Assembly (NCBI GenBank): GCA_951406725.2
Contig: OX597815.1
Coordinates: 197,532,001 to 197,596,000, forward strand
Direction: 5' to 3'
DNA length: 64,000 nucleotides
From: Octopus vulgaris
Taxonomy: Eukaryota
The position numbers and the translations under genes were made by a program. Under the pieces are notes generated by a model that did no database searches, was not told the DNA's origin, and saw only the letters and a list, made by a program, of their open reading frames with translations. Shown in pieces: positions 12,930-24,408 of this stretch. Each line of letters starts with the position of its first letter. The stretch's first letter is position 1.

Positions 12930-13931
12930 GAGGTATTGATGTATGCAAATATATATTAATTGCAAATGTTCGCACCAGTAAAACACGATAATTCACTACT
13001 TGTCTTTGAATGAAATATTTACGAATTTATAGTCGTTGCCGTTAATTTTTCTTTTATTAGTTGGCCATGCATTTATGCACACATACATTATCCGTGCAAT
13101 ATCCAAGCATACGGCAAAGAGCTATACTCTATTAGTCATCATATGGAAAACAGCAATGCTTCATTTCGTATTACACTATCAACATTCCTTCACGTAAGAG
13201 TACAGGAATACTGTGTAAGCCGGCGCAAACGTAAAAGTAACATAGTGGTCAATTATTGTTTGTAAATTTATCGAAATCTCTCTGATAATATCTCGAGCAA
13301 TTGTTGAAATATTAAATGAAATATATGTTTGCATCTGTTTGTGTGCGGATACGTTGTTTACGCTGTACATCTATTACATCTACACTCACCTTGATGGCAG
13401 ATGAACGCACTAAGCGCGCAACATGAATAAACAACTTATAAAAGAAGCTTGGAAAGGTCTACTGGTATCAAATGTAATACACGTGTTTTTCGACACGTGA
13501 CAGGCATAAATCACTCTTTCTTCTATGTCTCCTAAAACTACCACTTTTGCAATATTCTCTTTGAAGCTGACTTGCATATTTTCCACTTCGTTCACGGTTT
13601 TCCAAATAATTCATCTTTAAATTTTTCTGCGTTTGTATTTTTATACTCATTACCCGTTGTCATAGTCTTCTCGGATAGTTGAGCGTTCGTAATTGATCAC
13701 CAACAATTTCCGCCACCGTCGATGAGGAACAATTTAAAGAGAACACGAACGACGCAAATCTCACCATTATTGCAAGGTGCTTAAGAGTAACAGTATATCG
13801 CCTCCTCCATAATATTGTAATTTTGAGAATAAGCCGCATTTTTTATCTTATGTAGTTTACTTGAATTATGTTACATATCTAAGTTGATCAACCCTTGAAA
13901 AATTTCAGATGCAGTAATATTTATTTACCTA

Positions 13932-15214
13932 CGAGGGACGTTCAATAAGTAATGCCCCTGACCCACTTGCAATTGTTTGATCTAGCTGACATTTTGCATG
14001 TGCAATTATTTATATCTCTACAGATTAAGTGGCAAATTACAGCTCTGAACTAATTATGGTCTCTGATTTACAGGTGTTTGAACTGAGTCAGGTGTGAAAT
14101 GGAGCCTGTTGAGTGTCGAGCAGTGATCCGGTTTTTGTATTTGAAAGGACGCACACCACGGGAGACTTTTGATGAAATAAAAGTAACTTATGGTGATTAT
14201 GTCCCATCATAAAACTTTATAAAACGCTGGCATTGTGAATTCAAACATGGTCGGAAACAACACCCAGATCTGGTCGTCCCACCTCTGCCATTGATGAGGC
14301 ATCTGTCCGTCAAGTTGAGGCTGCCATTTTGGAAGATCGACGCATAACTATTCGCAAAATAGCTCATGAGGTCAAGATTAGTACCGGGTCTGTGGAAACT
14401 ATCTTTTCATAACCATTTGCATATGCAAAAGGTGTCTGCCAGATGGATTCCCAGGTTGCTCACGCCTTTCCAGAAGCAAGAATGCGTCGAGTTCTCGAGG
14501 ATGAATTTGGAGATGTGCCAAGAAGATGAGTCAAAATTTTTCAAAAGACTGATTACACAGGATGAAACCTGGGTCCATCACTATGATCCAGAGAGCAAAG
14601 CCCAGTCAAGGCAGTGGAAGCACCGTGATTCACCTCCTCCAAAGAAGACAAGGGTGCAGCCCTCCGCTGGCAAGGTCATGCTCACAGTCTTCTGAGACCA
14701 GGACGGAGTAGTGATGACAGATTTCCTGGCAAAGGGTACCACAATTACAGGAGCCTATTATGCTTCACTTTTGAGGAAATTAAGAGAAGCTATCAAAATC
14801 AAGAGGCGGGGCAAGATCAGCAAAGGCATCCTCTACCTGCAGGACAACGCTCCGGTTCACAACTCGCGTGTCGCCAGATCAGAAGCACAGGCGTGCGGCT
14901 ATGAACTCCTCCGCCATCCCCCTACTCTCCTGACCTTGCACCCTCTGATTTTCACCTCTTCCCAGCCATGAAGTTGTTTTTGAAAGGAAAGCGTTTCCCA
15001 GATGATGCAGCCCTGATTTCTGAAGTCACGTCTTGGTTGGAGGACCAAGCTGTGGTCTTCTACAAAAACGGTCTCCAGAGCTGCATCAAACGATGGGAGA
15101 AATGCGTAACTCTGGGTGGTTCCTATGTAGAAAACGATTAATAACTGTGCCAAGTTTCTTTGCTCTACTGCAATGGGAAGTGGGTCAGGGGCATTGCATA
15201 TTGAACGCCCCTCG
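13932..15214 (+). mobile_element. Full-length mariner (Tc1/mariner, DD34D) transposon
   Basis: TIRs CGAGGGACGTTCAATAAGTAATGCCCCTGACCCACTT and AAGTGGGTCAGGGGCATTGCATATTGAACGCCCCTCG, with a TA TSD at 13930-31 and 15215-16. Length 1283 bp. Confidence 0.95.
14099..15141 (+). pseudogene. Mariner transposase pseudogene
   Basis: MEPVECRAVIRFL..., WIPRLL, ITQDETWVHHYDPE, QDNAPVH, HPP.SPDLAPSDFHLF, RWEKCVTLGGSYVE. Interrupted by stops and frameshifts. Confidence 0.92.
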
Positions 15215-16267
15215 TATAATAGATTTGAGAGTTGGCAGTTACTAAATATCTTTCTACCGACACAAATAAATTAATGGTTAAAATCAAAAATAATTTTGTA
15301 CTTATTCAATGATATTTATGTTCAGGAGTGAAATACGTGTGAACAAATTTCAAAATATTCTAGCAATGGTATAACGGAATTTAGTTTATTGTATTGTAAC
15401 ATGGAATTTTTTCTTTGATATTTTCATTATTTATCGAAGCTATTAATCATAGTGTGTTATACATTGGGTATTTATAACCAGTTTTTTTTAAATATCTCAT
15501 TGTTATAGTTCGTAGCAAAATTGAAACTGTGGTAATAATCTGTATAAATTTCATGGGAATGTAACGTTCATAAATATACTGCGATTTCTTTTTAGATATT
15601 CTGTATTTAATAGTATCTCGGTTTATGCTAATAACCAGGCAGATGAAAGCGCTTATGCTAGCACTGTAGTGTTTTAGATTTAACTCTTTGACGATATATG
15701 ACGGACTGTGATTGAGCGATTGTCATTACAAATACATGTAAATCTAAAATATCTAAACAAAACGCAGACAATTTTACCGTCATTATATCATGCCATTATA
15801 TCATCCATACAAATATCAAACAGTTCTCCAAACGTTTCAACTCATAACAGTTTATTTAAAAACAGCAGGCATGTCTTTTCAAGCCCATTATTGTAACATC
15901 ACTGAAAGCAAAATCTTTTGTAAGTATAAATTTTGATAAAATAGGTTAAATTGTATAGCTTCAATTGCAAATGGTGATTATTATTCTTAACAGCTAATAA
16001 ACGCACGGAATGTAGCCTACTTTTCAATTTTAAAATTGTATAATATAACATATATTCATTACGCATAACTACTACCATGTAGGTCAGATTTATCAATATT
16101 AATTGTATTATCTAAACTTTTAAAATGTGATACGCATAAACGAATTAAACTAAAATAGTATTAAATAAACTTTTATAGATATGATACGCATAAAAAAGTA
16201 ATATTTAGAGCAATATAAATATCAATCCCTCAGCAAGAATTATTTTGATGTTGCTAGACCCTTTTGA

Positions 16268-16540
16268 GTGGAGGCACATGACCTAGAGGTTAGAGCACCG
16301 GATTCGCGGTCGAAGGATCGCGGGTTCGAATTTAAGACCGGGCGATGTGTGTGTCTATGAGCGACACACCTAAGCTCCGCGCGGCTCCGGCAGAAGGTAA
16401 AGGCGAACTTCTGCTGACTCTTTCGCCACAACTTTCTTTCACTTTTCTTCAGCTCACCTGCGACGGACCGGTGTCCCGTCCAGATGGGGAACCTATACGC
16501 CTAGGAAACCGGCCCTATGCTCTACAAGGCGTAAAATGGA
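16268..16540 (+). mobile_element. tRNA-derived SINE family D
   Basis: tRNA-like head GGAGGCACATGACCTAGAGGTTAGAGC...GGGTTCGAAT followed by a non-tRNA body (GTGTCCCGTCCAG, GGAAACCGGCCCTATG). Confidence 0.75.
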
Positions 16541-16836
16541 TTAAGTAGAAGACCTTTTTTAACTTCTTGGATGAGAGTATAAAATACATTGTTATTAGTC
16601 CAAGTGGAATTGAAAATATATCCATATTTTGGCAAAAATTTTAGTTTGGCCGCACTACTTTCTGCGCCCGCGAGCAAAAAGTTGATACTTTTGGGGCTAC
16701 TTAACCAAAATTTCACCTTGAACGCTCCACTTTTCTTTCTAGTGTTGTGCTTGAAGAAATACATCAAAATGCAAGGCGATTATGTAGAAAAATTGATTAG
16801 GCGCAGGAGTGGCTGTGTGGTAAGTAGCTTGCTTAC

Positions 16837-18579
16837 TTCCGGTTACCCAGAATGCAACACTAGTTAGTCTGGAATGTTACAGTGAGAAGATGTGAGTTTC
16901 GGCTCCGTGAATAGAAAAAAAGAACAAAAAGAAAAATTGTCAATTATGGCTCACTATAGCGAGCAAAATACTGGGTTCCCATCACCGTAACGGTGAATTG
17001 AGAATTTTTGCTTGGAAATTCTTTTTGTAAATTCTAGTGGGCGTATCTCGCCAGAAAAAGTACAATTTTTCCGAATAAGCCATTTGGATTACCTTTTTGG
17101 AGTATTATACAAAGGATACCCTGTCTGTGCTATTTGTGAGGTTTTTCTTTTACTTTTCCCTTCTTCTATGTTTTCTTTCATTCTAAATTTTGGTTCATTC
17201 TTTTCATTACTTTAATTTCAGTTTCCTCCACTCCTCTTTTATTTTCATCTGGTTTAATTTTTTGGCAGACTGTCTTTTGAACTACTTTTGAACTGTTTTT
17301 TGACATGGCAGAGAAGGAACTTAAAAAGAAAAACTCTGTCTTAGAGTGGGAAATTAACCCTCCTAAGCAGTGGTTAAAAGATATGGAGGAGAAGACGATG
17401 GTACTTAGAACTTATTCTAATGTTCTTAATTCTATCACCGTCTTCCCAAAACAAGTAATAAAAAATGAACTTAAAGAATATTTGTCCTCTTTAAAATATA
17501 TATCCCGTGGTGTCAAAAATGCAACCGTATGTTTGCTGTTTGACAACGGGGAAAAGGCTCGCCTGTTTGCGAGTCATCTTTTAGCAGGCAAGGAAATTCT
17601 GTTCTTTCCGTCATATTGTGGAAGAAAATTAATACGAGCCTGGGTATGTAGATTAACACAAGGCACCGAAGCTGATTGAATTGAAGATACCATCAAACGG
17701 GGACTGGGGGATGGCGGTCCCAGGCTCTTAAATGTAAGGGTATTGCCGGCGGTCGATTGGGAAGGGTCAAAAGCGATGTTGACCTTGTGGACCCCATCGG
17801 CCGCAAGAGATCTGGTTTTTCCAGAGCTCCACTCTCCCGAAGTCAAGGATAAAAGAAAAAAGAAGGAAGAAGAACGGGTCATCTCAGCCGGGAGATGATG
17901 TGCCGACTGCATGTCCCGAAGTTGTGCCACCCACGGGGGAAGAAACCACCCCCACCCTTAAAGATTAATTAATTATCTTTTTCTATAAGGGCGGGGAGGT
18001 GGAAAAATAGTAGAACATAAAGAGACAGTAGATATGCCCTTCACACGGGATCCCGAATGGCCTCCGCAGATAGCTGTGGAGGTCATAAGGCTTCTCTTCT
18101 GGGAAAGGCTTAAAGGATTTGGGGTGGAGAGTCGCATATGGCCGGGTGGTCCTTACACGACTTACATGTCCTACATGAGTGAGGCATGGGAAATGGCGGG
18201 ATACAGGAACTCAAACGGCATTGAAGATAATGATGAATATATCGATGGATATATCGAAGATTAGGAGGTGAAAGACCCTCGTTATAGGGTTTGAAACCTC
18301 ATCTTATTGTATTATTTGCAGTGGTTTATAACCTCAATTGTGTATTTAAAAAAAACATGTTAAGCAAGAGGTTTTATTGCCTCCTTCTTGTAACAGGTTT
18401 GAAACCTCATATTGATTTTTAAAAAAAGAAATTATGCTTTCGAGAAAAATCCAATCGGCAGGTGTTGGGTTTCCTCTCGCCTTTATTCATTCTATTTCAT
18501 TTTCATTCATAAATGTGTTTGTCCAGCCCGCAAGGCTACACACTCTTTGTACTATCTATATGACAAATTTTATGAAATA
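16837..18579 (+). mobile_element. ORF1-only L1/Tx1-like non-autonomous retroelement, copy 2
   Basis: Perfect 15-bp TSD AAGTAGCTTGCTTAC (16822-16836 and 18580-18594), the same termini as copy 1, and no RT or EN motifs. Confidence 0.85.
17305..18264 (+). pseudogene. Putative ORF1 (gag-like) protein of the SINE-inserted element, disrupted
   Basis: ORF 17305-17679 (MAEKELKKK...FPSYCGRK) continues past a stop and frameshifts through a basic, low-complexity linker (KRKK..DDVPTACPEVVPP) into ORF 18034-18264 (RDPEWPP...RIWPGG...YIDGYIED*). The blocks are conserved in copy 1. The ORF1 assignment is inferred from position and composition. Confidence 0.6.
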
Positions 18580-20025
18580 AAGTAGCTTGCTTACGAACTA
18601 TATGCTTCCGGGTTCAGTCCCACTTCGTCGCACCTTGGGCAAGTGTCTTCTACAATAGCCTCAGGCCAACTAAAGCCTTGTGAGTGGATTTGGTAGACGG
18701 AAACTGAAAGAAGCCCGTCGTATATGCGTATATATATGTATATGCATGTGTGTATATATGTTTGTCTGTATTTGTTCCCCCAACATCGCTTGACAACCGA
18801 TGCTGGTGTGTTTTCGCCCCAGTAACTTAGCGGTTCGACAAAAGAAATCGATAGAATAAATACTAGATTTACAAAGAATAAGTCCTGGGGTTGATGTGCT
18901 CGACTAAAGGCGTTGCTCCAGCATGGCCACTGTCAAATGACTGAAACAAGTAAAAGAGTAAAGAATTAATCAACCCCTCGTTTTATTTTAACAATTTTTA
19001 AGAAGGGCGCGTATGCTTTTTGACTTACCCTCGTATTTTCTTAGGTGTTGTCATGTATGCAACAATGTTGAGTATATAATTCTATTTGCTGTTTTGATTT
19101 ATTTCCTTGAATCCTCAACTGTTGTGAATTAAAGTATATAAAAATTCTAAATCAAACTTCCTTGGTTGTCAATTCATGCAGACATGTAGACAATTTACTT
19201 CTAGTAAATCATCTAAATGTCTGCTTATAAATTACATTAAATTCTTACTGAAAATTAAATTTCATAGGATTTTGCTATTTAACTTTGCACTCTTCAAAAC
19301 CGTAATTCGCGTCATATATACACACATATATAAACACACATACGCGCGCACATACAAGCACACACACACTCACAGACACACACACACATGACCGAGCGAC
19401 CCATTTCTTCTCCATAAGAATTGATACACAATGGTTTAGATAGAAGCTAAATGTGTCTCATAACTCATTCATTAACACTGGATAATGCGACTAAATCAAT
19501 AATTATGACAAAATACTGTTCGTTTAATTTACAGCATTTTTTGTGACTAATGAATCTTCTTTGTTTCAATGCGTATAAGAATTACATTTTAATTGTTTAA
19601 CGTTTTTGAGGCTGAGGCTTATTGTTTCAAAATCACCAACAGCGTACCTTGATTTAGAAGTACTCAAATAATTGCCAGTGTATAAAATTTACATTGATAT
19701 ACCAGATCATTTTGTATATTCAATGTAGTACTTCATAAAGCCATTAACCGGTAATACTATTGAAAATATCATACTCACTCCCATTTATATGTTTCAATTT
19801 TGACGTGCGATATTTATTTCCTAATGTACACTCATAACAGTGTTTTCTTTAGGTCATGTATAACTACTCTTCAACATCTAAAAACACTGATGTAGAAATT
19901 CACAAGATCTCTTTTGTAACATTATCATCTTAGAATCGTCCAATCGCTCGACCAGTGTTGCAATTGCAGATGTTGGATACGCGTTCTGTTATATTTGCCT
20001 ACGTCTGCCGTATGACATATACTCT

Positions 20026-20423
20026 CTCTTTTACTCTTTTACTTGTTTCAGTCATTTGACTGCGGCCATGCTGGAGCACCGCCTTTAATCGAGCAACTCG
20101 ACCCCGGGACTTATTCTTTTGCAAGCCCAGTACTTATTCAATCGGTCTCTTTTGCCGAACCGCTATGTAACGGGGACATAAACACACCAGCATCGGTTGT
20201 CAAGCAATGCTAGGGGGACAAACACAGACACGCAAACACACATATATATATATACATATATACGACGGGCTTCTTTCAGTTTCCGTCTACCAAATCCACT
20301 CACAAGGCTTTGGTCGGCCCGAGGCTATAGTAGAAGACACTTGCCCAAGGTGCAACGCAGTGGGACTGAACCCGGTACCATGTGGTTGGTAAACAAGCTA
20401 CTTACCACACAGCCACTGCTGTG
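20026..20423 (-). mobile_element. SINE family A, near complete and uninterrupted
   Basis: Reverse complement of the family A head, internal microsatellite and tail. The target site is empty. Confidence 0.92.
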
Positions 20424-21660
20424 AACATTAAAAAGTAAATAGATAATAAAACATCTTAAATTTCATGGAATTTATAATTTGACACAGAGGGTATTGTTGT
20501 TTAGTATATATAGCAATATTCAGAGAGAGCATAAAACGATTGTAATAGTTGAAATGTTTATCGTCCGACGTTAGAGGCTGGAATCTAAGTGTATTGAGTG
20601 ATAATTCTGACATACAGTATGCAGCTAGTGCCATACTCATTGTCAAGGACATTTAATAGGTTTAAAGTAGATAAGTACTGGCTGGCTAAGAAACCTCTAC
20701 TTTTCCGCAGTGTACTGATTACACTCCAAGTATCGTACAAAGAATAATAAGGGATCAAGTTCTATATTAAATCATTCAGTTGCAGAGTGAACATACATAA
20801 TCTAATTATCGAGTTACCCCAAATTCAGCGGAACTTCTAGTGGTGATATAGTTCGATGCAGTGAAAATAACGAAAACTAATTAATTACAGCTTAATCAAT
20901 TATGATATAAAAGTATAGTTATATTAACATGTGAAATAATAAACCTAACTTATATATGCAACATAATGTATTACCCATACATATGCTGTTAACATTTCTA
21001 ATGCCAATATGTATTGTTTCGAAATTAGCTAAATATTTAATATGATATTACTACAAGCGAAAACGCTATAATTAAGAACACTACGATATGAAATAAACAC
21101 AGAAAGCAAAAATGTGTCAATTTAATACTTTTCTAATTAATGTTTTTTGTTATTGATTATAATTATTGCTTGATTTTCCAATGATTCCTAAGTACTTCTG
21201 AAAATAAATAATTCACCTTCAATTAGTCAAGGTAATTTAATAAAACAACAGCATCATCAATAATAAGAATAAAAATAAGAAAGAAATAAAGGAAAGGAAA
21301 AAGAAATATTTAACAACGGCTAATTAACGTTCCTGATGGGAATGTTATTTAATTTGAATTACATTTCACCTTCCCATACCATGAAGTAAAAATTACGACT
21401 TTCTTTCAAAGTACTTCATTTGTACGAATTGTTCGAACGACTTTTATAAATTTATTGAATGAAGAATTTTCCCAAAAGTGTATTTTGGAAGTAAAGACTT
21501 TTATGAAATTTTGGGAGAATTCAAAACGTAAACATTTCAAAAGAGTATTTCTCAGAGAATTGAATTAAATATATATTTTATTGTATTAAGCTGAGACAAT
21601 TATTATCTGTCTGTTTTTCTGTCAACCGATGAATATCTCTGTCCCGCTCTCTTCCTCTCC

Positions 21661-21726
<66 letters not shown>

Positions 21727-21728
<2 letters not shown>

Positions 21729-21764
21729 ATACGTGAGTATTTGTGTTTATGCGTATCTGTTTGC

Positions 21765-21801
<37 letters not shown>

Positions 21802-21840
21802 CGTGAGTATTTGTGTTTATTCGTATCTGTTTGCTTATGT
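21727..21840. repeat. ~70-bp tandem duplication embedded in (TG)n
   Basis: GTATACGTGAGTATTTGTGTTTAT.CGTATCTGTTTGCTT occurs twice. Confidence 0.85.
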
Positions 21841-22066
21841 GTGTGCGTGTGTGTGTCCGTGCGTATGTGTACGTGTGCGTACGTGGATGCCTATGTGCGT
21901 CTGTATGTGCGTGCGTGTGTGTAAGTCCGAAGATATGATAGTTTGTTATTTCCATTTGATTCTCATTTCTTTCATAATTTCCTCTTTGCAGTGTCATTAA
22001 TTCCACTATAAGATATGACATTTATGAGGGAAACCGGCTATTTTCTTTATCAGACAGCATTGATAT

Positions 22067-22207
22067 TTACTATAATATAATATATAAACATTATATAATA
22101 TATAATGTAATATATAAACATTACCAATGGCAGTGGTAAATAATTAAGTTACTCGTCTCCTACATTTGAATATTTAAAACTTATTTACAAGATAATACAG
22201 CCAGCTG
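22067..22207 (+). repeat. Local duplication donor (second copy at 23391-23682)
   Basis: TTACTATAATATAATATATAAACATT...GTTACTCGTCTCCTACATTTG...ACAAGATAATACAGCCAGCTG recurs about 1.3 kb downstream. Confidence 0.9.
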
Positions 22208-23458
22208 GTGACTGATAAAATTATATAATTATTAAGCATTGTTATGAAACCATATTAATAGGTAGACAAATTTACAAAACAACATATCAAACGAGAAGAA
22301 TGAATTAAAACTAAAAGGTTTATTTATTTAAATCAGGAAAATAAATTAGAACAATCATCAAAATAGATACTTATAAGAACAGAGAGACATTATCAGATTA
22401 ATAAATAAAAGACTATATTAGAGTGAAGCACTATAAATTTGTCAAAGAGATATTCTAACGCATTCCCGAAATTGAATATTTATATTTAGTATTGCATTTC
22501 CAGTCATAAAATATTGCTGCCATTTAAGAAATTAGTTGTTAATTGAAGAGAGGTACAAAGAAGTCCTAGAAATTCAATCAGTGCTTGCCAAAGGAATTAA
22601 TTTCTGTCTGATTTCGAAATTGTATACATGTTGCGAAATTCACAGAAAGGTTGAAATAACTAGAGTTATATTTGAAAGTAGCAACCAAGTGACAAAGTAT
22701 GTTTTAGAATATGCTAATATATATTTTATTAATATAATAAATAAACAATAGACAAATTAAATTTAACTCTATAAAACACACTAAATATATAAAATATAAC
22801 CTTAAATGTAATTACTGTATTAGATATTGTATCATTGAAAAGCAAATTATCTATATTTAGAAGGAAAGAAAAGAATCGTTTAAAATGGATGTGAAAAAAG
22901 AACACAAAACAGAACAGAAAAAGTAAATTTAGAGATTACCATGGCTAATGCTTTGTAAGTCCCCGCACAAAATGCCATGGACTAGTATGAACTTTGAAAT
23001 TCGATCAGAACGACTAGAAAAAAAGTGAGAAAGCGAAAATCTGGATTCTGATGGAAATAATTTATTGTAGTTCAAAACGTCTTTAGATATAAAAGAGAGA
23101 AACGAGGCAAGATTGATTATGTAATACATTAATAGAAAGCAGTGTCACTATCATCCATGAAAATATTGCTCAAAATAGTACACAATATATTCAGAATATG
23201 ATAGGTTATGCACACACATATCCACAGGGCTATATGTCGACAAGAATATTGGTATTTTCTGAAAACATTAAACATGACCGCCATATAGCAACGACATAAC
23301 AATCAACCGAGTTAGTGAAAGCCCGTTTAAATTCGTGAAAAATTTCAAACAGCTACTTACAGTAATTAAAAATAATTACTGTAAGTATTATTACTATAAT
23401 ATAATATATAAACATTATATAATATATAATGTAATATGTAATGTAATATAATGTAATA

Positions 23459-23577
23459 TGGCCTGCTCGCTTAGCCAGCGGGGTGGCGTCATTTGGGGGC
23501 TAAAACAATGCGAAGCGCATTGTGACCAGCGATGTTTAGCAACATCTGATAGCCTGGTCAGTCACGTAATCACGTGA
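23459..23577 (+). mobile_element. 5'-truncated SINE/LINE 3'-end fragment inserted in the duplicated segment
   Basis: GC-richer 119-bp block ending in TCACGTAATCACGTGA, absent from the donor copy and flanked by TAATGTAATA direct repeats. Confidence 0.65.
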
Positions 23578-24069
23578 TAATGTAATATATAAACATTACC
23601 AATGGCACTGGTAAATAATAAAGTTACTCGTCTCCTACATTTGGATATTTTAAACTTAATTACAAGATAATACAGCCAGCTGTATTATCTTGTAAATAAA
23701 AACCAAAATACTATGTAACTGCACACTTAATGATAAAAGATAGCTCATAAATAAATTGTAAACTTCCTGTACCATCTTGAAATGAAAATAAATATGATGA
23801 GGTTTACAGAGTCTAATCAACACTTCCTAGTTTCAGCGGGGGAGGTTGAAATTTGATATTGTTGTGATGAGTGGTCAGTCTACATCCTTCCATCACTACA
23901 GGTTTATAGCTTTAAGTTTATAGTGTGTGTGCGTGCATATACACACATACATACATACATACATACACACACACACATGCGTACGTATGTACACACATAC
24001 ATACATGCATGCATACATACATACGTGCATACATACATACCCACATACATACGTACATATATATATATA

Positions 24070-24300
24070 TCCCTTCTTTCCTGAGCGTCCAATAATACTA
24101 TATTTGTTCCACGTCCTCGCGTTGTTGTGTTTTTTGTGCTTTCATGTTTGGATTAACTTTATATATAGTATTATTGGACGCTCAGGAAAGGAGGGTTTAA
24201 CGTTTCGAGTGGATCTCTTCGTCGGAAACATAGAAGGAAAGATCCAGGGAAGGGAAGACAGAGGGAAAAAATCGCCAACGGTACACACGAGGTCACATTT
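24070..24300. mobile_element. Penelope-like terminal repeats in inverted arrangement
   Basis: TTCCTGAGCGTCCAATAATACTATA (~24079-24103) and its reverse complement (~24163-24187), plus a hammerhead-like motif on the minus strand at 24195-24229. Flanked by TA repeats. Confidence 0.6.
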
Positions 24301-24301
24301 A

Positions 24302-24335
<34 letters not shown>

Positions 24336-24408
24336 TAAAAGTTAATATAAACAGCTAGGCGGAATGTAATACCACAAAGAAGAAATTAAACATCATAATA
24401 TATATGTA

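Larger units (their letters stand above)
16800..18962 (+). mobile_element. SINE family A, full length, split by a 1.74-kb insertion
   Basis: Head 16800-16836 GGCGCAGGAGTGGCTGTGTGGTAAGTAGCTTGCTTAC resumes at 18580 and continues through the B box, internal (TA/TG)n and the GAAACAAGTAAAAGAGTA tail. Confidence 0.92.
16745..19033 (+). mobile_element. Mariner 3' end relic interrupted by SINE A and its insert
   Basis: The transposase C-terminus KKYIKMQGDYVEK lies at about 16754-16792. After the SINE the sequence resumes and ends in a mariner-type TIR TTTTGACTTACCCTCG followed by TA (19034-35). Confidence 0.65.

Noticed and set aside
17899-17935. CADCMSRSCATH as a zinc-binding motif of the insert ORF
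   Set aside because: Comparison with copy 1 favours the alternative frame (DDVP.ACPEVVPPT), and the Cys frame is preceded by a stop in both copies.
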